A stretch of DNA of 61,619 nucleotides, the filler included, from Basidioascus undulatus (lineage: Eukaryota): NCBI GenBank assembly GCA_000826855.1. It is 12 parts of 12 records of this genome, joined end to end, with 100 filler letters (N's around TTAATTAATTAA, not from the genome) between each part and the next. Parts side by side here need not be neighbours in the genome. Positions count along the whole stretch, not along the records: positions 1 to 24,148 come from JTLS01000245.1; positions 24,249 to 27,568 come from JTLS01002455.1; 10 more parts are not named here. The stretch is one strand, 5' to 3'. Under the pieces are notes generated by a model. That model had not been told where the DNA came from and ran no database searches. It worked only from the letters and a program-made list of their open reading frames with translations. Numbering within the stretch: the first letter of the stretch is position 1; every line of letters begins with the position of its first letter. Shown here in pieces: positions 12,964-26,097 of the stretch. The translations under genes were made by a program, and so were the position numbers.

Positions 12964-14134
12964 ATGCCCGACCAACATCAGCCTCTTCCTACTCATCCCA
13001 TGTTTCTTCATATTCAAACTCTCCTGGCGCAGTCCCATCAGCAGAGCGACGCACGCGTGCAGCCTCTTCAGCTCCGCATCGCCGAAATCGAAAGTGACCT
13101 CGCGAAGGCTCGCGTCGACGGCGCGCGTTCTACTCAGGTGAGCCTGTGACTACTGTCACACATTATTCTATTTTCTCAGGTCCTTAAGGCTGGTATTATA
13201 AAGCGTAAGGCGGAGAAGGACGCGCTGCTGCAGCAGGTCCAGCAGGCGAAATCGCGCAATGAGGCGCTGGTCGCGAGTGAGGCACGCGGGAGGGCTGCCT
13301 TGAAGTACGCTGAGCTCCGGGTAAAAGAGCTGGAGGGAGAGCGCGAGGAGCTCAAGGCTGGGGAGGATAGGCTGACGGCGGCGCTGGTCCAGGCGAAGAA
13401 GTTCGCCGACGCGTGGAGCGCGTCCGTCGCCCGCCTCCAGGCCCAGCTCAGCCGAGACGACAGCGTTGCATCCGGGGAGGACGCCAACCCGCCGCTTCAC
13501 GTCATCAATCCTAACAACGGGCTCGATCGTTTCGTCTTCCTCTTCCCTCAGCCCCGCTTCCAGTCTCGAAGCTTTCGCTCCAGGGTCATCTGGCGTCCCG
13601 CTGCCTCGCCCTTCCCTCCCACAACCTTCTCAGCGCTCTCGACCACCTTTATCCCAGACGAGACTACTCGCTCTTCACTCGCGCGACACTGCGTCGCTCT
13701 TGGGAATGTGCTTTCCCTCTCGCGCCGCCATGCCTTGCTTTCGGACCAGCTGCAGGCTGTCGACAAGCAGGCTATCTTCAGCAGACTTCTCGCGGTGTTG
13801 GAGGGAACTCGGGTGCGTGAAGAATCCCGCAGGATGTACGCATCGACTGTGCTCACTTGTTATACGTGACTGCTGTCAGTATGACCTCGGAGTCGGCGGC
13901 ATGATCGGTCGGGCGGGTGGCCTTCAAGGGCAGCTTCGAGACGCGTGCACTGAAGGACCTCGTCTTTCAGAGGGAGACAGCCACCGAGACGCTTTTCAAA
14001 CTGCTTTCGCGGCCATCCAGAACGATCCCGCCGGCGCCGATGTCGCTCCGCCCCCTGGCTTTTCGCTCGATCCGCCTGGCAGCGGTTCTCCTCGCGCGGG
14101 GAAGAGGCTGAGGACCTCGCAGACGTGTTCGTGA
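12964..14134 (+). CDS. hypothetical coiled-coil protein; 3' end uncertain
   Basis: ATG 12964, short GT-AG intron after ...ARSTQ, heptad-like helical stretch LRVKELEGEREELKAGEDRL. Downstream exon structure unresolved. Confidence 0.4.
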
Positions 14135-14672
14135 GACGTGAGCTATGCGAAGGAGGCTGTCGGGGCGATGGTGGATGAGGGTCTGTACCTGTACTTGGAG
14201 TCTTCTCAGTGTCATGAGCGCAATGACTGCTTTCGAGCATAGAAGCGTCCGGCTTGAAGGCGCTTTGCAAGCTGCAGCCTGCTCGTTGCCCACTGGAAGA
14301 CCGGTGTCGTACGTTGGTGTCTACCATGGGGTCCCTTTCTGGATATAATTCTCCCTCTGAACAGCTCCAAGAAGTATTTTGGCTGTGCACGACATCGGTA
14401 TCCGTCCGTGGCACTATCTCCCATCTTTCAGTGACAAGGCAGGCTTTCCAGAATAAGTACACGGGTCAGATGCGTCTATGTCAATGTATCGTACAATTCA
14501 GCAGCAAAGTTATTTCATATCCTAAAGCAACCCATCCTTCGTTTAAGTGTTCAAGTCGTCTGACTGCGGGAAAGGTACCCCAAGAAACACGTCAACCTCT
14601 TCCATTGCGCACGAAGTACATCCGAATGTCCTTCCAGTCTACAAATTGTATTTTCCGAATGAAACATGCTTT

Positions 14673-16215
14673 TCAGCCCTTGATAGCCTCCTTCACGACC
14701 TTGAGCGCCGCAAGCAGCCGTCCGTCGTTGAACCTGCGAGCCAGCAGCTGCAGCGAGACGGGCGCGCCGAGCCTGAAGTTGGGATCGTCTGAAATAATGC
14801 TTACTGTACAGCTTGGTACAGGAAGAAAGAAATAGAACCCGATTTCGATACCATAGAGAGAGCATGGTTGTACTCGTCCCTCTCGCCTATAGGCTTGAAG
14901 TCCGCTGGCTTCGTGTCGACGCCCGGGTCCACTTTCAGCCCGGAGGGGAAATGACACCCGGATAGTCGACCAAGTTCCAGATGGCGGTGTACCTGCAAGA
15001 AACATCGGGAGCTGCTACCCATGTCAAATGGGTCAGCAGATACAATACGTACGTCCAGTAGCGAGCCGACTCGTGCGGGTTGGCCCGTCCCAGGGCACGG
15101 AGAGCAGAGGACGACGTCGACGCGGACGAATTCAAGTGATCCGAGTATGCTTGGCGGAACTGGTCCCGGTGATCATGAAGCTGCAAAGGCATTGATCGGC
15201 GCACCTACCAATGGGCCTCATAGTCAACGGGAAACATACCTTCCACAGGCTCTGTGAGTCGTGGTCGCTCGAGTTTTCGGGAGAAATGATCCATTCGGTG
15301 AGCGGCAGGAGGTCCCCGCCGCCCTCGGCTGCAATCCTACGGATAGTCTTGCCGCCGTCTTCATACCACAGGTGGTGCTTCCCCGGCAAGTGGTGAGCGT
15401 AGTACGTCGTTTGAGCAGTCCGTCAATGAAATCACAATGAGATCATAACCCTCCGCACGCTTGAAGGGCGTAAAGTCGACCACTTTGACATCTTCGCGCC
15501 CCTCGAGCTTTCTTTTTAGCCATCTCGAGGGCGCGCAGCATGGGCGGGTGCGGGAGCATAACGTCGTCATGCAACATAACCCCGATGCGCAGCTTCTTGC
15601 CGGAAAGCGCCGCGCTCTCGGATACCGACCACGGAAGAGGAATGAGGACGGGATCCTTCAGTGCGGGTTGAGTGCTCCGGACAGAGCTGATGAAGAGGTC
15701 GACGTCACGGGCCGAGCGACACATCGGACCGACGCTGCCGTCCAGGCTAAATTAGAAAGCCCATCAGACTCAATTTCGATTTCAGGGTAAAATGTGAAGA
15801 GACACGTACTACCACAAGAATCCGTTTATAGGGTGCGTCTTTGAGCTCGGCCTCATTCCGCAGATGCCGCATTTCGCGCAGGGACCGAAATAAAACCGCC
15901 GATGTCCCCGTGGAAGTTTCAAAACGTGAGCAGCATGGTTACGAGCATGGGAATATTGGCCGACATACGTGCCAAGTCCGAGGCAGGACACGTGCATGGC
16001 GTTGAGAGCTGCTTCTCCGCCAGACGAACCGCCAGGGGAGAGGTTCCCGTTGTGGGGGTTGAGCTGTATGTAGGCTATCTGGTTTCAGACCCTTGATCGC
16101 CACTATAGACAGGGCGGTTCAAGCAGCAAGACGCACCGTACACGTAGAACGAATGGCACTCAAGGTGCATGATAGCCTGCGGTTGGTTGGTCTTCACGTA
16201 AAAGACTGGAGCGGG
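14673..16215 (-). pseudogene. acetamidase/amidase-signature family pseudogene, 5'-truncated
   Basis: FYVKTNQPQAIMHLEC, PGGSSGGEAAL, GPMCRSARDVDL, YTAIWNLVDYP, GAPVSLQLLARRFND. Frameshifts near 15510 and 14950. GDIGGSIR motif reads GDIGGFI (nucleophile Ser lost, ~15894). Confidence 0.85.
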
Positions 16216-16316
16216 TGTTTGAAATAAATTCAAAAGTGCCTTGAAAAATATTGTTGTGAAGACAAGGTTCACTCGTACCAAGGCCGAGGAGACACTGAAC
16301 AAGGTTACAGTCTTCC

Positions 16317-18640
16317 TTGCTGAGCTCGTTGGTCAAGAGAAAGCCGGACGACGAAAAGTTCCCTGCTCCAAGTCGCGATGTAAATGACCCTCTCAACTTG
16401 AACAAGTCCCGAAGGCTCTTTCGACATTCTGCCTATTCGTTTGTGAGTGCTTCAAGCCCTGCGATGATTGGAAAGTCGGTTGATTGCTGGTACATAGACA
16501 CTCTCGCCGGCGGAATTGCGACATCTGCCATATACTCCATTCTACAGCCTATTTACGACGAGGAACGGTCTTACGATTGGAACTCTCAATGCCGGTTCCG
16601 AATACAGTATGTCCTATGCTCTCTACCTCCAGCAACAAAAACGATACTGATCACGGCTGTCCTGCAGTGTTCCTCTGTAAGTACTGCACAGGCACAGTGT
16701 CATGATGTTGACGCTTGCCTGACGAAGTGTTCAGTACTCGGCTGGGGATACTTGGTTTGGCAGCCAGTGGTTTTGACCTTTGTGAAACGCGGAGTCTTCA
16801 TACTTTTTACTTTGGGCAACATCGGGATGTGCATCTGGTCCCCGCATTGCACGACCGAGAGGACTTAGGTAAATGTCTGCCTAGATGTCCAAACCCACTG
16901 TCCGCTAACCTTGAAAGAATTGCTATGATAGGCTCGCAAGGCAGGTCATCCTTGGTAGGAACTCAGATCTAGACTATGCCGACCTTTGAGCAGGACACTG
17001 ACTAACACGCTGGCGGCAAAGGATTCTTCACGGCTCCTATCGAGAGTCTGTGCGAGGTTGTGACTGCGGGCGTTATGAGTTCAAATGTCCCTTTCACCTG
17101 TAGTTTTTTTTTCCTGTGTCTGAGATTCTCGTGGTACCAGTACTTCCCCCATGAGAGAGACGCATACATGTGCTTCTATGCGTTCTGCTTATTCGGGTAC
17201 GTGATGCGAGATGCAAGACGTCTGCGTCGTAGTCCTGGTCTAACTCGTGGGTTTCCCAGGTCCAATTACTTCGCGCCTATAATGTCTGGGTCATCAATGA
17301 TGGTCAAGGCTGGCGATGGGTCGTGTACTGGTTTGCATAATCGAAGCCGTTGCCCTCGTGGTACGTCTTCATTCATTCCTCGAAACGAAAGCGCTCACTA
17401 ACAGTTTATCACAAAATTCTGCTGTTCATGGAAGAGGTAAGGCTATAGTTCACTTTTCTATACTCCAGATCTGACTTGACGGTATCAGACCAACTATGTC
17501 CGCGGCGGAGTGGAAGAAGCTGCGAAAGCCGGTCCCGCACGCTCTGACGGCCAAGAGAAGAAGTCCGACTCGGTCGACGTCGAGGTCGCTTCTGCGCACG
17601 AGAGCCTCGTGGGTCATCCGAAGGCTTTCCTAAAACGTCTTCCCTTCTTCATTCGGCAATACAACGGGCTGAGCATCATGTTCACCATGATGTACCGCCC
17701 GCTTCTGCTGCTGGGGTTCCCGGTCGTTTTTTGGTATGTTTACTTTCGATGGTGATGCTTAAAGGTGCACGTTGATGACATACAGCTCTGGATTCACATA
17801 CAGCCCCAATCTCATGTTCTTCAACATCCTCAATGCGACTACCTCCTCTATTCTTGGCAGCGCGCCGTACAATTTCTCGTCGTCCATGGTCGAGCTTTCC
17901 TACGTCACCCCTTTCCTGGGTGTCTGTGTCGGGTAGGTGCTGAAGTCCTTCCGGAACGCACTCCAAGCTAACCCGGAACAATATCGACTCTCTACACGTG
18001 CACGTTCGGCGACAAGTTCACTCCTCAACTCGCGCGTCGGAACGGGGGCATTCGAGAGCCGGAGCAGCGGCTCTGGCTCTTCGCCATCTCGCTTCTCTTC
18101 ATTTCGGGCTCTGTCCTCCTGTGGAGGTTGGAGCTGCCGCCAGGATTAGTTGGGGGTGTCTGGTGATTGGGATGTGGTTCCCTGGATGTACGACGGCCAT
18201 TGGGATGACCCTGAGTATCAGGTAAAACATGGGAGGTATGGGCCAGTGGGACAGCAGTTTACAGCTTCACCCCAGTTACGCATTGGACAGCTACAAGGAC
18301 CTAGGGGGCGAAATTCTTGTTTCGATGATAGTATTTCGGGTTCGTGAAGCATACATTTCGAACTGGACGACGCGAGTTGCACGCTGACGCAACCTAGCAG
18401 AACACGATGTCCTTCGCCATTGTGCGTCCCAGTTCTCTGCCCTGAGATGCCTTCAAATTCTATTGAAATTATCATGAAACGCAAGGCTACGGTATCGATC
18501 CGTCGATCGACGGTACAAGCCTCCAGAACACCACCATCGCAGCGGCGTTCGTCGGCCTCGCGTGCACCCTCACTTTCCTGCCGGCGGTCAAGTACGGCAA
18601 GCACTGGGGCACCATCAGCCGCGAGAGATACTGGCACTTT
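16317..18640 (+). pseudogene. MFS transporter (HOL1/DHA1-like) pseudogene
   Basis: PSRDVNDPLN, LVWQPVVLTFVKRGVF, YFPHER, MYRPLLLLGFPVVFW, RNGGIREPEQRLWL, YGKHW, scattered across frames with stops and frameshifts. Confidence 0.8.
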
Positions 18641-20967
18641 TTAAAACTAGTGCAAGCGTGCATTGGTGCTGTAATTGGGCGATTGGGCACCAAAGAAGTT
18701 GATGCTTCAGTCACGATTGTTGCATTCCTGACCGATTCGGAGTCCCTGTACATTACCTTTCCTACTGTTAGATTGACCGTGTTGCCTTCTCATGAGTATA
18801 TGTACAATACTTCGTATTATTTTTTGAGAACGATGCAGAGAGATAGCTTGGTAACTCAGCAGAAGTGGCGAGAGTTCCAGGGGAGTGAGAGCAACACTTT
18901 ACCATCTTTACCATCAAGAGAATGTACGCAGAGAATAGGCAGGTACACGGCACGAATTCATTCAAAGGACATCACCGACTGGTTGCCTATCTGAGGTCAA
19001 TTGAGCAACCACTGGCCGGTCGGTCATCGAGATGAGTCAGATGTCAGTCCAACTTCTGCATCTCCAAGCTGTAAAGCGCTGATAATTCCCAGCGCTATCA
19101 AGGCTCATAGGGGTTTGTCAATTGAGAATTTTCTTCATGTAAATGCTTAATTTTTATGAGGCTTGGTGTGGCACCGGTAGGGAAGCCCACACCAGTGACA
19201 GCAGTGGGAGACGGCATGGCGCTGTGGCCTGCCAACGCTCGGCCGGATGTAAGACGTTACGCTCACTATCGCATTCCTGTTCGCTTTCAGCTCAAAAAAA
19301 TTCAATCAGACACTTTAGCGTTAGTAGTCTATCAGTGCTTTGGTACATCTTGCTCGGGCGCAAACTCCGTCTTTAACATCCACTCTCGCGACCTGTGAAG
19401 AACATGTGCAGGAGGCTGCCTGTAGCAGCTGTAGCAGTCATTATTTGGCCTTCCATAGCATCATGGTGATGTCATCATGGTCACATGACCATGATCGTCT
19501 GGTCCGGCAAGAGCTACGCGAAAGTTACTATGCCAAGGTGAGGTAAGGCACGAGGTGGACGCTCAATGTGTGAAGCAGTCGATGATGTGCCGCGAAGCCA
19601 TGAGCATCGCGCTCCCCCCTTTATTAACTTGTCCCGCGTGGGCCTCACTGGAAAGAACGCAGTTCCGGCGCCTTTCTGATCCGGGTGTGCAGCAGACCTT
19701 CCAGCCCGTGAAGGTTCGAAAGCGGCAGGGCAGACATGCAGCGGCAAGAAGCTCAGCCGCTTTTGGTCGGCGCTGACCGGATTCCGCGGTATGAGCGACC
19801 CTCAACGGACGTGGTCAACATGATTAAATTGTAGTAGGGATCTATGCTGTCTATATCTTGATGGAGTAGCGGTGAGAAAAATCAAAATTTGCATTGATCC
19901 TGTGGAGGAAACAAATCGATGGAAACGACTTTCACATGTCAGCGGCGAAGTGTGGGGTCGCGCCAGAACCTGCGCAACCTCGCGTCCTCGCCGCCGCCAT
20001 CTGCTTCTTGTTTGCTCGTCCCGCCCTCGATCTCCGGAAGAATCCCGGGCTCCTCAATCTTGACGCCCACCGCCATCACCATCACAACGGGCTCGCCCTG
20101 CTTCACGCCACCGAAACGCTCGTCCTCTCCATCGAGGGCGTCGTTCACGACGTGCAGCATAGCGCGTTCACTCAGCGACGGCGTGCTCACCACCCGCTGC
20201 GCTCCCCCTCCAAAAGCGTCCGCTCGTGGGCAGCATCGACTGGGGCCCGCTCCCGCCCGCAGTGAGTCCTCAGCATTTGCGCTTCTCCGGCTAGAACAGA
20301 GAAAGGGGTCTGGGAGGGGGGACTGCTCTAGTGTTGGTTGGTGTTGGGCTGGTCTGCTTCCGGTCCGCCTGAGGCTTGACTCGGATGCAACTCTGGCAGC
20401 CATCCGGCGCGCTGGGTCTGCCCATCCCTTAGGATTTTATCACATTGGGTAGGTAAGAGTACTTTGGAAGTCTTGTGGGGCGCAAGCGAGCGGGCGGGCA
20501 AGCGGGCGGGCGGACAACGAACATTCCCGGTCGGCGTTGGACCAGACGCAGGCGTGTTCGGCCTTCTCGTGCTCGTCCTCCTTCTCTCCCTGACGACCAA
20601 CAGCCAGTCGCTCATCCTCCTCGTGCCTATCGCACCCTACATCGCTTCGCGCCCCGCGCTGCTTCAGACCTGAACCACCCCAGCTGCTTCCGCATAGGCT
20701 CCTCGCTCAGACACACACGACTCGCACTCGAAACATCCGCGATTCGAATACTCTGGTCGCCCCACTAGAGACCGCCAGACGTACCATCCCTATTCTGTTG
20801 GAATTCGGGTGCGCCTACCTTTATCCGTTGTTGGCTCTCTTCCGACCTCGTCCGGCTGATGTTGCGGTCCTTCCCTATCGGCTCCGTTCCACCCCCCTCG
20901 CTTCGACCCTCGAACGACGCCGTGCACTCCCAACGCCCACTCTCCTAAACAACCACAGATCACCAAG

Positions 20968-22839
20968 ATGTCTTCCCCCATCCCCACACCACACCTCGAC
21001 CACCTCCCCGCCTTCCAGTCCGCTGGCCCAACACCGCCCCTCACCCCCTCCCTCTCGCGCTCCTCGTCCGGACATGGGCACAGCTCAGCCTTCACCTTCG
21101 GCATGACCTCCGAGCGACTCAAGTTCCCGACGTACACAGCGCCCAGTCCTCCCGCGAGCGCAGCGCAGTCGGCGGCGGAGGACGGCGACGACGACGATGA
21201 CGGCCCAAGCTGGAAGCCGTCCACGCCGAGATACTGCCCAGCGTCGTCGTCGGCTACACGAGTTGGGATCGAGACGGACTCGGAGGAGGAGGACGCTCCC
21301 TCGCCCAATCGGGCATTCCGGCGCTCTATCACTACCACCACGCGCACGAGGACGTTCGTCCGGCAGCAGACGTTCTCGAGCCCTCCCTCGGCGTCTACGC
21401 CTTCGTCGCCCAGGCGCGTCGACAGCAGCCCGACCTTCGAGCGACCTGCTCAGCCGCATCGGCGCGCCAACTCGGCCGTGCTCGGGGAGTTCGGCGGGCC
21501 GCTGACTGGCAACGGTGGGGAAGTGGGCATCGGGTTGGGCATGCCGCCGAGGCGGACGACGACGGCGCAGTTCATATCGGGGGCTGGGATTGCCAACAGG
21601 GTCAGTATGCCTGTCGGCATGTCGCCTTCCCGCTCAGCCGCAACGTCCGGCGACGACTCGGCCCTTCCACGTCGCGCCCGCTCGGCATCCATGGCTGCGA
21701 TGGAGGGCCTTGGCTTCCCTCCAGCCGCGTCGACAAGCTCTCCGCCAAAATCTCCCCCCACGAGCACGCGCATACCGCGCGCCGCGGCCTCGGGCGCGGG
21801 CGATACCTCCACGATACCCCTCACCCCGAGCACCAGCGGCAACGTCAAGCCGCCAATACCCGCCGGTCCTCCGTCTCCCCCGCCAGCGACAGACCCCGCC
21901 GAGCTAGCGCTCGCGACCGCGCACGCCCAGTTCCACAGCGTCTCCCGCGCGGCGGTCTCCTCCTTCCCGCTCATCAAGCCTTTCCTCAACTTCGCGCTGC
22001 TCCTCTCCGTCTCGCTCCTCGCCTCGCACCTCCTCTTCGCGGGTCTCCTCGCCTCGTACGGCCTCACGGCATGGGACGACCTCCGCGGCGGCGCGGGCGT
22101 CGCGCGCCGGCGCGTGCAGGACGCAGCGGGCTGGGCGGCGGAGCGATGCCGCGAGGTCGCGGACGGCGCGAGGGAGGTTGCGGAGGTCGTGGGGGAGGTG
22201 GTCAAGGAGCGGGAGATGGAACAGGAGAGGGGCCGCAGACGGAGTAGGCAACAACGCGAGGGCAACTCGTCGGGCGGCGGAGGCGCCGGCGCGGCGGCCA
22301 AGAAGTCCAAGTCCAAGGCGGCGCGGAACAAGGCCAAGAAGTCGAGCGCCGCTGCCGCCGTCGGGGGCGCACACCGACGCGCAGGCTTCATCCCGACCAT
22401 CACGTCGTCTGCGATCGGCCTCGCCAAGCACCTCATCCCCTCTGTCCCGCAGCCTAAGGGCGCGCAGCGTCCCTCCCGCAGCCCCCGTCCTTCTCGCGCC
22501 TCACGCTCCTCGTCGCCCTACCCGCCCTCATCCTCCGACGAGTCCGGCAGCAACGAGCCCACTTCGTCGTCCTACTCGGGGCGCAGCTCCGAGGCCCCTC
22601 CGCCGTACTCGCCGCGCACGGCGAGCGCCGGCGGCGCGCTCCCGCCCCGCCCGCCGTGGAACGTCCTCCTCCCAAGCATCTTCATCACCGTCATCATCGC
22701 CGCGTGCGCGATGATCGCCGCCGCGCTCGCCTCGCGCCGCGCCGCTGCGGCCAAGAAGACCATGGGCAAGGGCAAGGGCAAGGCGCGAGCGGGCCCCGAT
22801 TTCCCCCCGTCGCCGAGCCCGCCCGTCGCGGTCGCTTGA
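20968..22839 (+). CDS. hypothetical Ser/Pro-rich membrane protein, intronless, 623 aa
   Basis: Long ATG-initiated ORF with C/G-ending codon bias and two hydrophobic segments (NFALLLSVSLLASHLLFAGLL; LLPSIFITVIIAACAMIAAAL). Confidence 0.75.
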   Translation: MSSPIPTPHLDHLPAFQSAGPTPPLTPSLSRSSSGHGHSSAFTFGMTSERLKFPTYTAPSPPASAAQSAAEDGDDDDDGPSWKPSTPRYCPASSSATRVGIETDSEEEDAPSPNRAFRRSITTTTRTRTFVRQQTFSSPPSASTPSSPRRVDSSPTFERPAQPHRRANSAVLGEFGGPLTGNGGEVGIGLGMPPRRTTTAQFISGAGIANRVSMPVGMSPSRSAATSGDDSALPRRARSASMAAMEGLGFPPAASTSSPPKSPPTSTRIPRAAASGAGDTSTIPLTPSTSGNVKPPIPAGPPSPPPATDPAELALATAHAQFHSVSRAAVSSFPLIKPFLNFALLLSVSLLASHLLFAGLLASYGLTAWDDLRGGAGVARRRVQDAAGWAAERCREVADGAREVAEVVGEVVKEREMEQERGRRRSRQQREGNSSGGGGAGAAAKKSKSKAARNKAKKSSAAAAVGGAHRRAGFIPTITSSAIGLAKHLIPSVPQPKGAQRPSRSPRPSRASRSSSPYPPSSSDESGSNEPTSSSYSGRSSEAPPPYSPRTASAGGALPPRPPWNVLLPSIFITVIIAACAMIAAALASRRAAAAKKTMGKGKGKARAGPDFPPSPSPPVAVA

Positions 22840-23975
22840 TGAATTGTTGTAGAACCCACAAAGTCCATCTATTTGGTACGTCAACTGTTCTTGCCCCCCT
22901 TCCCGCCCCGTAGAGCGTCCCGCTGACTCGAGCACGACACAGTTGTTGTTGTCCCGCATCTGCATGTCTTTCCTCACCTTATTCCATCATCTCGCTTCGC
23001 AATTACACCGCACGCAAACACCACCGCACAAAAGCATGCATACATTTCATACAGTCCCATCCGCCCATCCCCACTGAAGTCGCACGCCCCGTCACGTCCT
23101 GTCCTCTCATGTCCCTGTTGACTTACACTTCTCTCGTTTTGTCCTATGTTCCCAACGGACCCACTCCATACAGTCTCCATCTTGTCACGTCGCTCATACA
23201 TACAATCATAGTTGTTCCTTCACCTCGGTTTACACGGGGGGTTTCGCCTCCCACGCCCGTCTTGGTCTTGGTCCCCCTTTCGCCTCTCTCTCGTCGTCTC
23301 GAGTCGTGTTCATTGTCCTGACATTGCGCGGTTCAATTGCGGTGTTGCGCTTCCTCGTCGTCTTCTTCTAACGATCCCCTTTGTAGTTACGATCGTCCCG
23401 ACCCACAGACGAGCCATATAGCAAAACGACACCATGCAGATCTTCGCCTGCCGTCGCATGTATTTCCGTCGCCGTCTGCGCTGGAAGCCTTTGTGAAGGC
23501 AGTGCAAAAGGCGAGAGTTTCATCGAGAGCGACTTATCGTCATTGTAAAGCTCATGGAGAGGGGCTGATCCTCGCTGTGAAGCACACCGCGAACTTCGAA
23601 GCTGCCAATCGATCTGGGTTACATGACTGTGTGCCAACTGGAATAAAAGGAGTAAATTACAACTCGGCGGCGAGGAGGATCAAAGAACATTGGACATAGA
23701 CGGGGGAAAACTATAAGAGCGAGGTGGAAGACAAGGGAAGGGGATGGGTGTATGGCGAAGCGAGGAGGGCCGAACGACGGGCGGTTGTGCGTGGAAGTGA
23801 ATGAAGGGAGGAATGCAGCATGCCTTAACGTGTCTGGGAAGGAGCGCACACCGAACAGAAGACTAAGCTGGGGTGGAGAACTGAGCATGCCATGAACAAC
23901 AGCGAAATGGAGGACCAAGAGGAAGGGGATGAAAAAACAGCTGAACGAAATCGAACACGACGCGACCGAAACGCT

Positions 23976-24148
23976 CTACGACCCCTCAGCAGCGGCCGTT
24001 CCCTGCTGCTGCTCGGCGCCGCCCGACGCCTCTGGGGGTTTGTCGCCGCCGGGCGCAGCGGGCGAGTTCTCCTGCTGGTAGCGGCGGAGGGCCTCGATGA
24101 ACGCCTCGGGGTTGACGTTCGCGGGGGTGCCGGCGATGCCGTTCCCGC
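23976..24148 (-). CDS. 3' end of an unidentified gene (cut by contig edge)
   Basis: Open frame GNGIAGTPANVNPEAFIEALRRYQQEN...AEGS* with strong codon bias. Confidence 0.55.
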
Positions 24149-24248
24149 NNNNNNNNNNNNNNNNNNNNNNNNNNNNNNNNNNNNNNNNNNNNTTAATTAA
24201 TTAANNNNNNNNNNNNNNNNNNNNNNNNNNNNNNNNNNNNNNNNNNNN
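24149..24248. other. artificial contig linker. Identical linkers at 27569-27668, 30988-31087, 34404-34503, 37820-37919, 41232-41331, 44643-44742, 48050-48149, 51454-51553, 54857-54956, 58241-58340
   Basis: 100-nt N run with a central TTAATTAATTAA six-frame stop. Intervening contigs fall in size from 3320 to 3284 nt. Confidence 0.99.
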
Positions 24249-26097
24249 TCCTCCCCCTCCTCCTTCTCCTTTCCGACCCTCCCCTTCCTTTCCTTCAGCT
24301 CCCGCTCCAAATGCGTCCTCCGCACGCGCGCCTGCTGCCCGGCCGACGCGCCCGCCGCCGCGCGCGCCTGGGCCTCCTGCAGCTGGCCGAGGAACCCGCC
24401 CGCGCCCGTCGTCGCGGAAGCGGAAGAGGAGGACAGGCCGGTGAGGAGGGTCTGGAGGAGCTCTTCGGAGCGGGAGAGGGCTGTCACGGTGGATTGGTAG
24501 GACGTGTGGATGGACGCGAAGTCGGAGGAGAGGAGAGCGGTCGCAGTGGCTTTGTCTTCCCGGGCCGCGCGGAGCTGGGGCACAAAGTCATTTAGTTTGA
24601 GAGTGCGATGAAGATAATGGGAAGAGGAGAGGACGCACCCCCTCCACACCCTTCTCCAGCCCCTCGATCCGCCGCGCTTCCTCCGCGATGTTCTCGCGCC
24701 GGATGTCCGCCTGCGCACGCGTCTTGACCACCTCCGTCTCGAGCTCCTTCACCGCCTGCTCGTACCCCGCGAGCTTCCCGCCCTTCGCGAGTTCCTTCCC
24801 ACACCATCCAAGTCAGCCCCACACCGCAAGGGGCGGGAGAAAGGCAAGGTCAATCAAAACGCACCTTCTCCTGCTTCTTCCTGACCTCCCGCTCCTGCTC
24901 CTCCGCCTCCCTCAACCGTCCCCTCCAGCCCTCAACATCCCTCTCCAGCGCGCGCGCATTCTCGCGCTTATCCTGTGCGGCGCGCTCGAGCTCTTGCGTC
25001 CGCCGCGCGTGCGCGACATGCTCGTGCGCGACGACGAGGCGGTCCAGGCGCTCGAGCTCGGCGGAGGCCTTCTGGAACGAGAGGAACGCGCTCTTTTCCG
25101 TGCGCAGCTTGTCCAGGCGCGGGATGATCTCCTCCGAGAGCTGGGATTCGATCTCGGACACCTTGCGCTGCTTCTTCTCCATCGTTCGCGCGGCCTTCTC
25201 TTTCCGCTCCTCGTACATCCGCGTACCGGCGGCTTCTTCGATGAGCCCGAGGATCTCGGCAGGCTTCATGTTCAGGACTTTGGTGATCTTGCCTGGCACG
25301 TCCAACGCCGTCTTAGTTTCTGGTTGAGATGGGATGGATAGAGAGGGGGTGAGGGGGAGAGGGAGAAACGAACCCTGCATGATGACGAAGTTGGGGTTGT
25401 TGATGTTGAGCTGCACGGACTGGAACAGGCTGTGCACGCTCTGGAGCGGGACCTTGTGGCCGTTGATGAGGTACTTGCTCAGGCCGCCCATCGCGATCTA
25501 ACCCCGCGCACCCACATCAGCCTTTTTCCCTCTTGGTTACCGAAAAGCAAAATGGAGAAGAGAACACACCTGCCGCGTCACCGAAATGCTCGTGAGACTC
25601 TCATAACCCACCGGCGCCTTGGTCTTGTCCGAGTTGTCAAAGACGATCGTCACGGACGCCTTGGTGATGCCCGCCTGGCCGCGCTTGTAGATCAGGTCCT
25701 GGAGGTTCGCCGCGCGGACCTGGGCAAGCACGAGCCGTCAGCTCTCTCCCCCTCTCTCTGGGGTAAGTAACGACGCACAGTCTGCAGGTTTGTCAGGCCA
25801 AGAACGAAGCAAATCGCGTCGAGGATGTTGGATTTGCCTGGGGGTTGGGGGATGTGGGGGTGAGGAAGAGAGGGAGAGAGAGGAGGGAAGGAAGACGCAC
25901 CGGACCCGTTCAGGCCGGTGATGGCATTGAAGGAACTGTCCCACCCCGAGATGGACGTACGGACGGGGTAGGACTTGAAGCCCTCTGCATCGGAGAGAGG
26001 TGGCGGATTAGGAGAAGGAGGAGAAGGCGGGAGGGAGGTGAGGGGGGAGGGGATTGGGGAAGAAAGACGGACCGAGGATGAGCTCCTCGATACGCAT
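24249..26097 (-). CDS. SMC2: condensin subunit SMC2, 5' part
   Basis: [36 protein letters not shown] (Walker A), [49 protein letters not shown]. Confidence 0.97.

Noticed and set aside
19939..20403. 154-aa ORF on the - strand
   Set aside because: No recognisable motif or clear exon structure; cannot be supported as a gene.
21450..22436. Long antisense ORFs here and over GCP4, NOT1 and ARG7
   Set aside because: Shadow ORFs expected from GC-rich codon bias on the opposite strand.
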